Of a stretch of 64,000 bases of DNA, positions 1-10,200 are shown in pieces. The stretch is taken from contig CAXXYE010000011.1 in the NCBI GenBank assembly GCA_963674865.2, positions 96,001 to 160,000 of the forward strand, given 5' to 3'. The translations under genes were made by a program, and so were the position numbers. Source of the stretch: Candidatus Hydrogenedentota bacterium. Its GTDB lineage: Bacteria; Hydrogenedentota; Hydrogenedentia; Hydrogenedentales; SLHB01. How positions within the stretch are numbered: the first letter of the stretch is position 1; each line of letters starts with the position of its first letter. The notes beneath the pieces are model-generated. The model saw only the letters and a program-made list of their open reading frames with translations. It ran no database searches and was not told the DNA's origin.

Positions 1-2
1 CG

Positions 3-161
3 GCCGACGATCCGACCCAGCGGAGACCCGACATCGCCTTGGCTCAAGAGAAGCTTGGTTGGGCCCCCACCGTGCAACTCCGCCAAGGCCTCCAGGACAC
101 CATTGACTGGTTCAAATCGATCGATATCGGACACTATCGCCCCCCCACCCCGGACTACTAG
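3..161 (+). CDS. 3' end of an SDR-family nucleotide-sugar epimerase/dehydratase (UDP-glucuronate decarboxylase-like), partial
   Basis: Not in the ORF track. My translation of frame 3 gives [37 protein letters not shown]...PDY*. The DDPxxRxPDI...LGW motif is typical of UXS/dTDP-glucose dehydratase C-termini. Confidence 0.8.
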   Translation, partial: ADDPTQRRPDIALAQEKLGWAPTVQLRQGLQDTIDWFKSIDIGHYRPPTPDY

Positions 162-340
162 AAGCTTCTTGCTGCAAGGGTCGACAACGGCCCGGCGGGA
201 AGATAATCTGGATGGCGGGGCTGGATATGAAATTCTTGGAGTCTTACGATGCGGCGTCCGCGCGCCGTGCGAGGATGTTCGTAAGTCCTTTCAGGTTGTG
301 GGCGTGGCCCGCTTTAGGAAAGCCAACGGGAGGTTCCGTT

Positions 341-1882
341 ATGAGACAAGGCACGGTCGGTCTTGCTGTGGTGGTGATTTTCTGTCTGTTTGCGGCTGGG
401 CCGGTGAGTGCCCAGATTGAGCCGCCACAGGACCTCTTTTTCGCCAAAATGCCGGAGGACGTGAAGCTTGAGACCCAAAAGCTGTTCTCGGCCGATCAGG
501 CCGAACAGGTCGCGGCCGCCAACAAGCTGGGCACAATGGGAGCCAAGGCGACGCCCGCCATCAAATACATGATCGGGCTGATGGGGGAGAAGGTCAGCAA
601 CTCGCTACGCCAGGCTATCGTGGACGCCTTGGTAAAGCTGGGCGACCCGGCCAAGACAGCGCTGGCGGACTCCTTGACGCACCCGATTCCCGAGATCCGA
701 AGAATGGTGGTCGTGGCCCTGGGGCAACTGAAGGATCCCAGCACGGTGGACGCGCTGGCGGCTGCCGTGCTTGAGGACTCGGACCCGGCCGTGAGGGAGA
801 GGGCGGTCCAGGCCCTGATGAAGATCGAGGACGCCGGGCTGGTAGAGAAACTGATGGCGGCCATGGAGGACTCCAAGCAAAAACCGGAAATCACGGCCCG
901 GGCCATCAAGGCCCTGGGGATGACCGGCGACGCGAGCGCCGTCGAGCCTTTGACGGCCCTGCTGGAGGACAAAGATAAAGACATCAGGGTCCGTTGCTGT
1001 GCGGCCGACGCCTTGGGACGGATGAAGCACAAGGTACCGAGTGTGGTCGAGCCACTGGTTGCGGCGTTGAAGGACAAAAAGCCGGACATTCGCGTTTGGG
1101 CCGCCTGGGCGCTGAACGGGGCGCAAGCCCCCGAAGTCGTCAAACCTCTGAGCGACGTCCTGGCGAAGGATGAAGACCACAGGGTCAGGATTCGGGCGGC
1201 GGACGCCTTGGCCTTAACCCAAGACCCGAGCGCGCTGAAACCGTTAATCGACGCGCTCCAGGACGATCACGCCGACGTGCGGCTCTGGGCGACCTTGGGC
1301 CTGGGCGGATTCATGGACCCCAAGGCGGTCGGCCCCTTGAACACCGCACTGATGGATTCGGACAACAGGGTCCGCCTGCGAGCCGTCGAATCGCTGGGAA
1401 AAATCGGCGGCGACCAGGCGATGATGGTCCTCATCGGGGTGCTCAGCAGTGTCACCACCGATGCCGAAATTCGCGGTCAGGCCGCCCGGGCGTTGGGGCA
1501 ACTCAAAGACGGCCGTGCAACCGGCCCACTGATCGTGGCGCTGAAGGACCGGGCGCCGGAGGTCCGCCGCTGGGCCGCAAGTTCGCTGGGACGCATCGGC
1601 GGCGACAAGCCCGTTGAGCCGTTGATCGGGGCTCTGAACGACAAGGATCCCACGGTCCGTGGATGGGCCGCGTTGGCCCTGGCGCGAACCGGAGACTCCC
1701 GAGCGACGGCACCGTTGATCAAGGCGCTCAAGGACGAAGACGCCTCCGTCCGCGGCCAGGTGGCCTCGGCGTTGGGGCAACTAAAGGACCCGACGGCCAA
1801 AGCCGCCCTTACGGCCGCCGCGGCGGATGCCGATCCGAAAGTCAAGGCACGCGCGGAAGCCGCTCTCAAGCGTCTCAAGTAA
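341..1882 (+). CDS. Secreted HEAT/PBS-lyase repeat protein
   Basis: GGGAGG RBS before ATG 341; signal peptide ending VSA-Q; many ~31-aa repeats of the type L.D.D..VR..AA.ALG..GD..AV.PL. Confidence 0.9.
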   Translation: MRQGTVGLAVVVIFCLFAAGPVSAQIEPPQDLFFAKMPEDVKLETQKLFSADQAEQVAAANKLGTMGAKATPAIKYMIGLMGEKVSNSLRQAIVDALVKLGDPAKTALADSLTHPIPEIRRMVVVALGQLKDPSTVDALAAAVLEDSDPAVRERAVQALMKIEDAGLVEKLMAAMEDSKQKPEITARAIKALGMTGDASAVEPLTALLEDKDKDIRVRCCAADALGRMKHKVPSVVEPLVAALKDKKPDIRVWAAWALNGAQAPEVVKPLSDVLAKDEDHRVRIRAADALALTQDPSALKPLIDALQDDHADVRLWATLGLGGFMDPKAVGPLNTALMDSDNRVRLRAVESLGKIGGDQAMMVLIGVLSSVTTDAEIRGQAARALGQLKDGRATGPLIVALKDRAPEVRRWAASSLGRIGGDKPVEPLIGALNDKDPTVRGWAALALARTGDSRATAPLIKALKDEDASVRGQVASALGQLKDPTAKAALTAAAADADPKVKARAEAALKRLK

Positions 1883-1986
1883 GCGTTCGGTCACCTCGAA
1901 TCGCGTCGGATCGGCCGGGAGCAGTCTACATTAGGCCCCGCGTTGGAATGGTGAAACGAGGCGTGAACCGGCCGAATGAACCGCCG

Positions 1987-2463
1987 ATGCCGGAGCCGCT
2001 GGCATACTTCCTCACTTGGGCAACGTACGGTACTTGGCTCCCCGGTGATGAACGAGGGTGGGTCGAGTATCGACACGGATGGAAACTGCCCGATCCGATT
2101 CGCGAACTGGAGGCGGAGTCTCGCATGGCCGAAGACGCCTGCGTCCTGGACGGCGAGCAACGTCGTCTGGTGGAAGAGACCATCGGGGTTCATTGCAGGA
2201 TTCGCGGCTGGGGACTCTACGAAGTCAACTGCCGCACGAATCACCTCCACGTTGTCGTCGGCGCCGACCGGCATCCCGACGACGTCCGCAAACAGTTCAA
2301 GGCATGGTGCACGCGCCGATTGAACGAACTCCAGCGGAAACGCTCGTGCGGAACGGTCCGCGAGAACTGGTGGGCCCAGCGCGGCAGCCGCCGCTACATC
2401 AACGACGAAGAAAGCCTCGAAGCCGCAATCCTCTACGTCCGAGACGGACAAGAAAGACACTGA
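1987..2463 (+). mobile_element. HUH Y1 tyrosine transposase, short RAYT/TnpA-REP (IS200-like) type
   Basis: AYFLTWATYGTWLPGD N-terminus, NHLH (HUH) motif, WWAQRGS motif and C-terminal helix with AILYV (candidate catalytic Tyr). Confidence 0.8.
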
Positions 2464-2537
2464 ACCCCACACTAACCCGAAGGTTGTACTGCGCCCCCCC
2501 CGCTGGAAATTATTTCCCGTTCTTGTCGACATAATCG

Positions 2538-2566
2538 TTGACTTCCCACCCCCCGGGGAATAGTGT
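2538..2566 (+). promoter_or_regulatory. Putative sigma70 promoter for the PEP-CTERM gene
   Basis: TTGACT-17 nt-TAGTGT. Confidence 0.5.
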
Positions 2567-2704
2567 GTACGGAAGAGACGCGATAGTAGTGCGGTGGTGG
2601 GGACGCCAGAATTCCCAGCCGGAGTTGTATGACGAGTTGCCCCGACCGCGATCAGGACCCTTTGACGAAGCAACGTTTTCTATCTCTTGATCTGGAGGTT
2701 GACC

Positions 2705-3316
2705 ATGCATAGGCACGCGAGAAGAAGTATCTTCGTTTTGGCGGCGCTAGGGTGCGTTGCCGTGATGATGATTTGCAGTCCGATGGCCCAGGCGGAGACG
2801 TGGGACTTCGGTGTGACGTTAGACGACACCACAGTCACCGACGCCGACGTATGGGCATTTGCGCCGGCCGAGGACGCGCTTATCGAATTTAGCCTGCCCA
2901 AGGTGGCAACCGGCGAGCCGCAATACGAATGGTCATGGGAAGTCACCAAGGTGCACCTCCGGGCCACACTTCTGCCGAATGTATATCTTTGGCAAGGAGT
3001 CGATGCAGACTATGGTGATGCAGGTACTCACGTGGGTTCTCTTCCGTTCAATTTGGCCAACGAGGCAGTTGACGACGGTTCGAGTGGTGCGATCATCAAA
3101 GCGAACCTCCATCTTCATGTGACCGCTGACGGAAAGGGGAACTTCGATCTCACCAACATCGAATGGGGAACATATTCAGGGTATGACGTGACGGGGATTG
3201 CCGTCGAGGGCCAGATGACAGTCAACGCGGTTCCCGAGCCCACGGGACTCGCCTTGCTGCTCAGCGGTGCCTTGCCGTTGGGTCTGGTCGCCCTGAGGCG
3301 TCGTCGCCGGCGCTAG
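2705..3316 (+). CDS. PEP-CTERM sorting domain surface protein
   Basis: GGAGG RBS; signal peptide ending AQA; C-terminal VPEP + hydrophobic helix + RRRRRR. Confidence 0.9.
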   Translation: MHRHARRSIFVLAALGCVAVMMICSPMAQAETWDFGVTLDDTTVTDADVWAFAPAEDALIEFSLPKVATGEPQYEWSWEVTKVHLRATLLPNVYLWQGVDADYGDAGTHVGSLPFNLANEAVDDGSSGAIIKANLHLHVTADGKGNFDLTNIEWGTYSGYDVTGIAVEGQMTVNAVPEPTGLALLLSGALPLGLVALRRRRRR

Positions 3317-3345
3317 ACCGGAAACCTCAAGCATAGTACAACCTC

Positions 3346-3386
3346 AACACGGCCGAGCAGGCATACCTGTTCGGCCGTGTTTTTTT
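3346..3386 (+). terminator. Rho-independent terminator
   Basis: AACACGGCCGAGCAGG-cata-CCTGTTCGGCCGTGTT followed by a T-run, directly after the PEP-CTERM gene. Confidence 0.85.
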
Positions 3387-3421
3387 GCGCCTGGCTTGAA
3401 AGGAGTTAGCTTGGGTTATTC

Positions 3422-3588
3422 ATCAGCCGCGACGCGCTAGCGTCCGGTTCCCGATTAGCGAACCGGACGCTAGCGCGTTGCGGCTGATTGAGAACCGGAC
3501 GCTAGCGCGTTGCGGCTGATTGAGAACCGGACGCTAGCGCGTCGCGGCTGATTGAGAACCGGACGCTAGCGCGTCGCGGCTGATTGAG
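3422..3588. repeat. REP-like cluster: one inverted copy plus four tandem 32-bp copies
   Basis: ATCAGCCGCGACGCGCTAGCGTCCGGTTC at 3422-3450, then GAACCGGACGCTAGCGCGT(T/C)GCGGCTGATTGA with AACC at 3461, 3493, 3525 and 3557. Confidence 0.9.
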
Positions 3589-3637
3589 ACAATGCATTCA
3601 GGGCGTTTTGCAGGAAGGAAGAGTTGACCTGCGCGCA

Positions 3638-3716
3638 TAAAAAAAGATGGGAGAGAACTTCGCACCCCGAGAGGCCCGATGTTCTCACGGTCGAGTCATT
3701 CGACCGTCCCATCCTT
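3638..3716 (-). terminator. Branched terminator-like structure downstream of the regulator gene
   Basis: On the minus strand AAGGATGGGA...TCCCATCTTTTTTT encloses two internal hairpins. Confidence 0.55.
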
Positions 3717-3897
3717 GTTGCGTGGCTGCCCGCGATTAATCGCAAGGCAGCGGCCCTTTGAGGTCGATTACGCCAGCGGCGCGGCCTCGCAGGTATCTGA
3801 TAAAATTATCCGTCGCGGGGGTCTGCCGCAACGGTTTAATTGAATCGGCGATATCGACACAGGTTAGCATACTCCCCGGAATATGAGGAGTGTCGTC

Positions 3898-4470
3898 TCA
3901 AACGAGTTCCTTCTTCGCACCAATCAGAGTGCGAAGGCGTTCGGCCAAAAGTGCGGCGTCGAACGGTTTCTTGAAGGTCTCGTTGATACTCGAACGATCG
4001 AAGCTTGTCGAACTTCCGTCGTCCGGAAGCAAGGCAATCAAAATCACTTCGGCGAACTCGCTGTTGCGGCGCAGATTTTGGCAAATCTGCAGCGCTTCAG
4101 TTCTACCGATCGAGAAATCAACGATAATACAGTCCGGGTGAAAGCTTTCGGCTTGAATCCCGGCATCGAAACCGCTGGCGGCAACCGCGACTTTGAACGA
4201 ACGTTCAAGGGGCAGTTCTCGTTTAAGATTCTCAATCAACACTTGGTCTTGTGCCACGATCAGCACCTTAGCCATGGCCTCGTCTTCGAGGTCGCCCAGG
4301 GGCATTCCGTGTTCCTTAAGGAACTTGATCAGGTACTCTCGCGGAATACGCCGGTCCTGTGATCCTGGAATGCGATAGCCCCTCAGCCGGCCCGAGTCGA
4401 ACCACTTGCTAACGGTGCGCGGGGCCACCTTGCAGATCTTGGCGACCTGACCAGTTGTGAAAACCTTCAT
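3898..4470 (-). CDS. Excisionase-type HTH + receiver-domain regulator
   Basis: N-terminal FTTGQVAKICKVAPRTVSKWFDSGRLRGYRIPGSQDRRI (MerR/excisionase HTH); C-terminal receiver-like PDCIIVD...KKPF. Confidence 0.85.
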   Translation of the reverse strand: MKVFTTGQVAKICKVAPRTVSKWFDSGRLRGYRIPGSQDRRIPREYLIKFLKEHGMPLGDLEDEAMAKVLIVAQDQVLIENLKRELPLERSFKVAVAASGFDAGIQAESFHPDCIIVDFSIGRTEALQICQNLRRNSEFAEVILIALLPDDGSSTSFDRSSINETFKKPFDAALLAERLRTLIGAKKELV

Positions 4471-5519
4471 TGCAGGCTCTCCGATATCTCACTCGCTAAG
4501 TTTCGACTCCGCCTTAACCAGACTACGATTTCCGATTAAGACTTCATGGCCCCATGCTTGCAAACATTCGGTCACTCATCGTTCCATCACGACGGCTAGT
4601 TGTCGGTTGACCGTTCGCAAACAGCTGGGTCGGGGCCCGACGGTACTCACTTCGTCTTGGCCGTGGCTCAGCTCCCTCTGATCCGCGCCGTACTAATCAC
4701 ATCGGCAACCGGGCTATCCGGAAGTCAGTGAAAATCCGTAAAATAGAGAAGGCGTGTTTCAACCATTCCATCACGAATCTCACGTTCACCCAGCACAATT
4801 GCCCTGGGTTGCCCGCTCGCAGGAAGAGACCTGCAGAAAGTCCACACTCGGTCCGGATCGCTAGACCCGGCCCCAGATGGTCTTTTAGACACGTTTCCCC
4901 CCACAAGCTCTCTCCTTTCGCAGTGCTTCGACAATCGAAGCCAGCGAAAAAAAGAGGGCTCCCGAGTACTAATGTCGAGTCGAATCGGGGGGATACTTTA
5001 GACAGTTTCTCTCGTCGTAGCGATAGGAGCACTTCTGCCGACATTGACGGCGTGACCGAATCTGCCACCAGCCACGCCCGCTAGACCGAAAGGCAAGGGG
5101 CCTGTGCGGCGAGGGCTTGCCGCCGGGAGCCTGCTGAAGAAGAGCGCGATTTGCAGATCGGTTGCCTGCTCGACCGAGAGGTGGGACCCTTGGGAGGCAA
5201 CCCCACCACAGGGGCAAGACCGCCCCGCAACGCAGAATCAAGATCCGTCAAGCTGAAGCGTTGTTCGGTCTTCTTCCCCCGAGCGATGTCGAGCCATTGT
5301 CTTGGCAGCCGATCAGGGTATAGGCGATCGAGGCCAGGACGGTGTCGAGTCCGTCGACGACGTGAACCAGCTCGACAAAGCGAGCCGTGTCGATCCACGG
5401 CGAGGTTCACAAGGTGTTCAATAACTACTTTGCCGATCTCACCGGGGACGACTAGCGAACTGCCCTGACCTTGATGGAAGGCATCCGCGATTCCAAACTG
5501 AGCGGCTCTTTTAAGGCTA

Positions 5520-5885
5520 CTAGTGCCCTGGGCAACCACCGTCCCCGTGAGACTGGCAACTGGCCCCCGAGTCGTCTACCTTGCCGGCCAGATACGACTG
5601 AGCCACATCGCGCACGTTGCCGGCGCAACCGCGAATAACCTCGATCCCGTTTTCCCCCAGAATATTCACGGCACCCTGGCCCATATTGCCGGCCAGCATC
5701 ACCGAGACACCCATCCCGGCAAGTTGCGGAACGATGCTCGACTTGCACCCGCAACCGGGTGGTGGTGTGAGCGTTTCCTCGGAAACGATCTGGTTCTGGT
5801 CATCGACGTCAAAAATACTGAAGCACTGGCAATGGCCAAAGTGCTCATCGACCTCGGTGCCGTTCGACGGTAGCGCGATTTTCAT
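5520..5885 (-). CDS. NifB/NifX family Mo-Fe cluster-binding domain protein
   Basis: MKIALP..VDEHFGHC..F; AGNMGQGA; Cys/His-rich tail. Confidence 0.85.
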   Translation of the reverse strand: MKIALPSNGTEVDEHFGHCQCFSIFDVDDQNQIVSEETLTPPPGCGCKSSIVPQLAGMGVSVMLAGNMGQGAVNILGENGIEVIRGCAGNVRDVAQSYLAGKVDDSGASCQSHGDGGCPGH

Positions 5886-6006
5886 GCGTTTTCTCGTTAT
5901 CTCGACTCGTATTGGTGGGCTGTGGGATAGACCAGATTCAGATTCTACCCCATGCCGGCCTGTCTTCGGAAGTCCAAAGCCGACTCTCCTGACGGGATCA
6001 CGTGAC

Positions 6007-7224
6007 CTAGTTTGTCAAGAACTTGACAATTCGCGCGGCGTGCCCCTTGCTATCGACGTTCTTCCTGCTAGTCGTGCGGAGAGTCAGTTCGTGTTCCCCC
6101 TGGGGGAGATCGGCCTCAAGGAGATATGCCCAGGGGATGTGGAGCCGCCCGCTCCATTGGGTGAACTGGTCGACGGCCCGGTACGGTCCACCGTTGATAC
6201 GGTATTCGAGCACGCCCACGTCGGGACCGGCCACCACCAGGAGGCCCACGGCCGTACCCTTGAAGTAGAGTTTCAGGATGGCCCCGGGTTCGGTGGCCAC
6301 CAGCATCGGCACGTCGCGAAAACGGGGCCTGGTGCCCGCGTCCTTGGCGTTCCACGAGTCGACGTATTTCCAACCGTCGACCACCACGGCCTGGTCCAAG
6401 TCGATGTAGCGTGCCCGTTGGTAGTTGAAGGGATCGATCGGTTCCGGCAGGGGGCACGGCTTCGGCACGGCGCCCTCGGCAAGCGGTTTCTTCCAGGCGG
6501 TGTCGAACAATCGTTCGATCGTGTCGGCGTAGATTTGATGTCCGAACTTGGCCGGATGCAGGCCTCCGAAATCGTCCCAGGTGTAGCGGCCGGCCTGGAT
6601 ATCGTGGGTCACCTGCCGGGCCAGATCGATCGAGGTGATCTTGTAGTGCGCGGCGACCTTCTCGTGGCTGACGATTTCGGGCGGCGTTTTGCCTCGCTTG
6701 ATGTCTTCCATCTTGTCGGGCTCGACGAAATGCATCATCACAATATCGATTAGCGGATTGCGGGTGCGTGCCTGGCGGATGATCCCCTCCATGCCGCGGA
6801 TTCGCTCGAGCTCGGCCCGGCTGTTGTGATGGTCGTTGACGGCGAACTCGACGAACAAGAGGTCGACCTGCCCCCGGCCAAAGACGTCGTCACCCAGCCG
6901 AAAGGGTCCCAGAGTGGAATCGGTCGACGAGATCCCGGCGTTGACGAAGTCGAAGCGGGTTCGGGGGAACCGCTTGGCGAGCCGCTCGCACGTCATGTCT
7001 CGCCAGCCGTTGGGGGCCCAGGTGATGGAGCCACCGAGAAAGGCGACGCGGGCTTCTTTGTCTTGAGTGAAGCGAAGCCGAGAGTTGGTCAGATCACTGC
7101 GGAGGGCGATACAAGCGGCGGCCTTACTCTTGGTGCGCTCGCCATCGGCGCTCTTGGCCCGTGCTGGCGACAATAGGCAGCTTGCGATCGAGACCAGCAA
7201 GGCGATGTTCCTCATGGTATCCAT
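6007..7224 (-). CDS. Secreted SGNH/GDSL hydrolase
   Basis: FLGGSIT, NAGISST, EFAVND and GLHP blocks; signal peptide. Confidence 0.85.
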   Translation of the reverse strand: MDTMRNIALLVSIASCLLSPARAKSADGERTKSKAAACIALRSDLTNSRLRFTQDKEARVAFLGGSITWAPNGWRDMTCERLAKRFPRTRFDFVNAGISSTDSTLGPFRLGDDVFGRGQVDLLFVEFAVNDHHNSRAELERIRGMEGIIRQARTRNPLIDIVMMHFVEPDKMEDIKRGKTPPEIVSHEKVAAHYKITSIDLARQVTHDIQAGRYTWDDFGGLHPAKFGHQIYADTIERLFDTAWKKPLAEGAVPKPCPLPEPIDPFNYQRARYIDLDQAVVVDGWKYVDSWNAKDAGTRPRFRDVPMLVATEPGAILKLYFKGTAVGLLVVAGPDVGVLEYRINGGPYRAVDQFTQWSGRLHIPWAYLLEADLPQGEHELTLRTTSRKNVDSKGHAARIVKFLTN

Positions 7225-7253
7225 AGCTCCGGTGTCCCTGCAATTACAGTTGT

Positions 7254-10200
7254 CTATTCGGTTGCCCGTGCGACTCGCGAGTCAGCGTCGGTTTGGCAGA
7301 TTACCCGAAACCCCACGTCGTACACCTTCTGGTCCGGCCAAAATGCCAGCCGCATGGCGGACCGGCATCGTATGGGCCGATCATACCATGAGCCGCCGCG
7401 AACCACCTTCCGGTCCGGTCCCGAAAAAGGGGACATTCTACTTGTTTCGCGCAATAAAGTAGAATGTCCCCTTCTTTCGGAGTGAGTCCATTCGGCGGCG
7501 TTGCCGTGCATGTCGAAGAGACCCCAGGGGTTGGGGAGAAAGCTGCCTGCCGGGGAGGATACGCGGAAGCCGTCGTTGAATCGCTCGTCGGCGGGGCGCC
7601 AGGGCGGGATGGCACCGGAGGGAAGCGACCAACCCAGCGTATCGACCGACCGGTTGGTGGCGTCTGATAGATTGGCGAACGGCGAAAAATCGTCGTCCAG
7701 GGTCCCGTACCAGAGCGGCGTATCGGTCCCGGCCCGGCAGGCATACTCCCATTGGGCTTCCGTCGGCAGGGTGAAATGCCGGCCTGTGGTAGCGGAAAGC
7801 CACGCGCAGAACTCCATTGCCCGGTTCCAGGAAACGCGAACCACGGGTTGGTCCGGTTGGTTGACGGGGTAGCCGCGTTCCAGATGGCTGAATTGGAGAA
7901 AATCGCCATGCTCCAGCCGGCTGTCGTGAGCAGGATCGAAGCAGGCAAACTGCCGGTTGGTGATCTCGAAGCGTCCCATCCAAAACGGCCTCCCGATCTC
8001 GACTCGGGCGACCGGCTGTTCGTCTGCGTAACCGGTCGCATCACCCATTATGAACGCTCCGGCTGGTATGCGAACCATTTCCAGTTCGATGCCCTCACCC
8101 AAGTCGACCGAGAAACTGGCTTCTCCGCTCGCCGCGTCCGCCTGTCGCCGCCGGGCCTCTTCAGCGTCAAACGGCCAACCCGGGCAATCGGGTCTTGCTC
8201 GATCGGCACCGGCGATCTGTTCTGGAACGAACGCCTCGACGGAAGGCGAATACGGATTGGGCACCGCCTCGGGATCCTCGTCCACGCCCGAATAGAGCTT
8301 GCGCATCTCGCGTCGCCGGTCACGAAGCTTGTCGACCCGGCTCGGGCCGCAAACGTCGGTCCAGTTACCATGGGCCGGCGTGTGCAGATCGATCCAGGTG
8401 ACGATCCGGTCCCAACTCTCCTGGCCGAGCGTCACGCCATGGTGTCCCTTTTCAAGCATCTGCACCAGCTTGGTCGTATCGGCATGAAACTCCCGCGGCG
8501 GCAACATGTGCAGGTCGCTCTCGATCGTCGGCGAGCGGACGAAGCGCCGCAGTTGATAATAGGACGGCGAAAAGTGAGCCCCTTGGTTGTAGGTGTCGCT
8601 ACGTCCTTGCATGTTGATCTCGGGACGATCGGTCAAGTCGGCGATCTCCGGGCCGTCGGTTCGAGGTTGGCCGTTGTGGCAGCCGGCGCAGTGTTTGTCC
8701 AAGACCGGTTGAACCTCGCGGCGGAAACTGAAGCCGCGGGCCGGTCCGTACCAGGGCTGGATCTCGGACGGCCGCCTTGCGGACGCGCTTCTCGCGTTGA
8801 CCGGCGGCGAGCTGTTCTGCCGCTCGTGACAGCCGACGCACGATAGTGTTTCGCCCGGCATGGCCGTGAACCAACTCCGCATGAGCTGGACGGCCTTGCC
8901 CTCGGCGTCGAGCGGTTGCAGGGCGATCGGCGTATAGGCCGGCACGCGAAACTTGGCGGAGCCGTCTTCCTCGACGGGCACGGTTCCGATAATCGTCTTG
9001 ACGTCCCAGGGCCCGTCCAAGCCCACGCGATCGACTTGGCCTCCCATACCGTGGTAGGCGTAGTGATAGCCGATCAGCCGCAGTCGTTTGACCGTACCGC
9101 GGGCGACGCCTTTCAGCCCCCGCCGGCGTATACGTCGGCCATGAAGACCAGTGGCGTCCTTTCGATCGAGGTCTACGCGATCGGGCACGACCGGCGGCGT
9201 GGGCGTCCTCTTGAGTGGAATCGGCTCCAGCATGGCCCAGCCCGGCTGCTCGGCCAGGAGGACAGAAATTATCGAACACGTCGACCAGGTAGATGCCCCA
9301 GAGCGATCCTTGGCGCGGCTGGCAGGAAACCAGGAAGTACTTCTCCGAGAGCGGATACGGATGGAGAAACTTGGGCCAACTCTCTTTGGTCAAACCGTCC
9401 AACAGGATCGGTTCGACCGGCTCGCCGTGCCGGGAATCCGCTGCACGGCGCCGTCCGCCTCGTGCCGTCCCAGGGCGGGGTCGAAAACCACCAATTCACC
9501 CATCCGCGGATTGTCGTGATGGCCACCCACCACCGCCACCACCTTGGTCGCATGCCCCGGAACCGGCCGGGCATAGAACATCGCGTTGGGCCAGTAGGAG
9601 TTGCTGCCATAATACTCCATCTGCTCGGTGCCGTCCGGATTCATGTGGAAGAGGATGCGGTAGAAGGCGTGCGGCATGTCGCTGTATTCCCAGCGCAGGT
9701 AGAGCACCCGGCCGTTGTTCAAGACCGTGGGGCACCAGTTGTGTTCCTGGTCCACCGTGAGCTGGCGGATCGAGCCGTGGGTGTCGAGCACGTAGAGATT
9801 GGTGACGTGTGACGAGCCGCCGCACGCAGGGCACGCCCACGAACGGCGCGGTCGAGGAAAAAACGATCCGCCCGTCCGGCAGGTAGCAGGCGTCGTAGTT
9901 GTCCACGTCCGGCTGGTGAATCAGGGGCAGTTCGCGGAGGTCCGATCCGTCGGCATGGATCTCGAAAATTTGCCAACGGCCGTTGGCTCCCGGCATGGAA
10001 AAGAGCATGCGACTACCGTCGAAGTGAAGGTCGACGTCGCCTACGAAGCGTCCCCCTTCGGGCTGGTAGAACGTGCTCACAGCCCCACCGGGGCGAACCG
10101 GCGAAAGCAGGGCGATCTCGTTGGCATAGCCCGTCATTGGCAAACTGGAGTTGCTCTGCCAGTTGGTCGGGAGCCCCAGTTTGTTGGCCCCGCGTTTGAC

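Noticed and set aside
3460..3588. CRISPR array (32-bp direct repeats)
   Set aside because: There are no spacers and no cas genes, and the same unit occurs as an inverted REPIN pair at 12783-12857.
5520..5885. Nitrogen fixation locus
   Set aside because: A lone NifX-like domain with no nifHDK/EN nearby; such proteins are widespread in non-diazotrophs.
9122..9820. Programmed ribosomal frameshifting or phase variation
   Set aside because: Several scattered indels with no slippery heptamers or long homopolymers; sequencing error is the simpler explanation.
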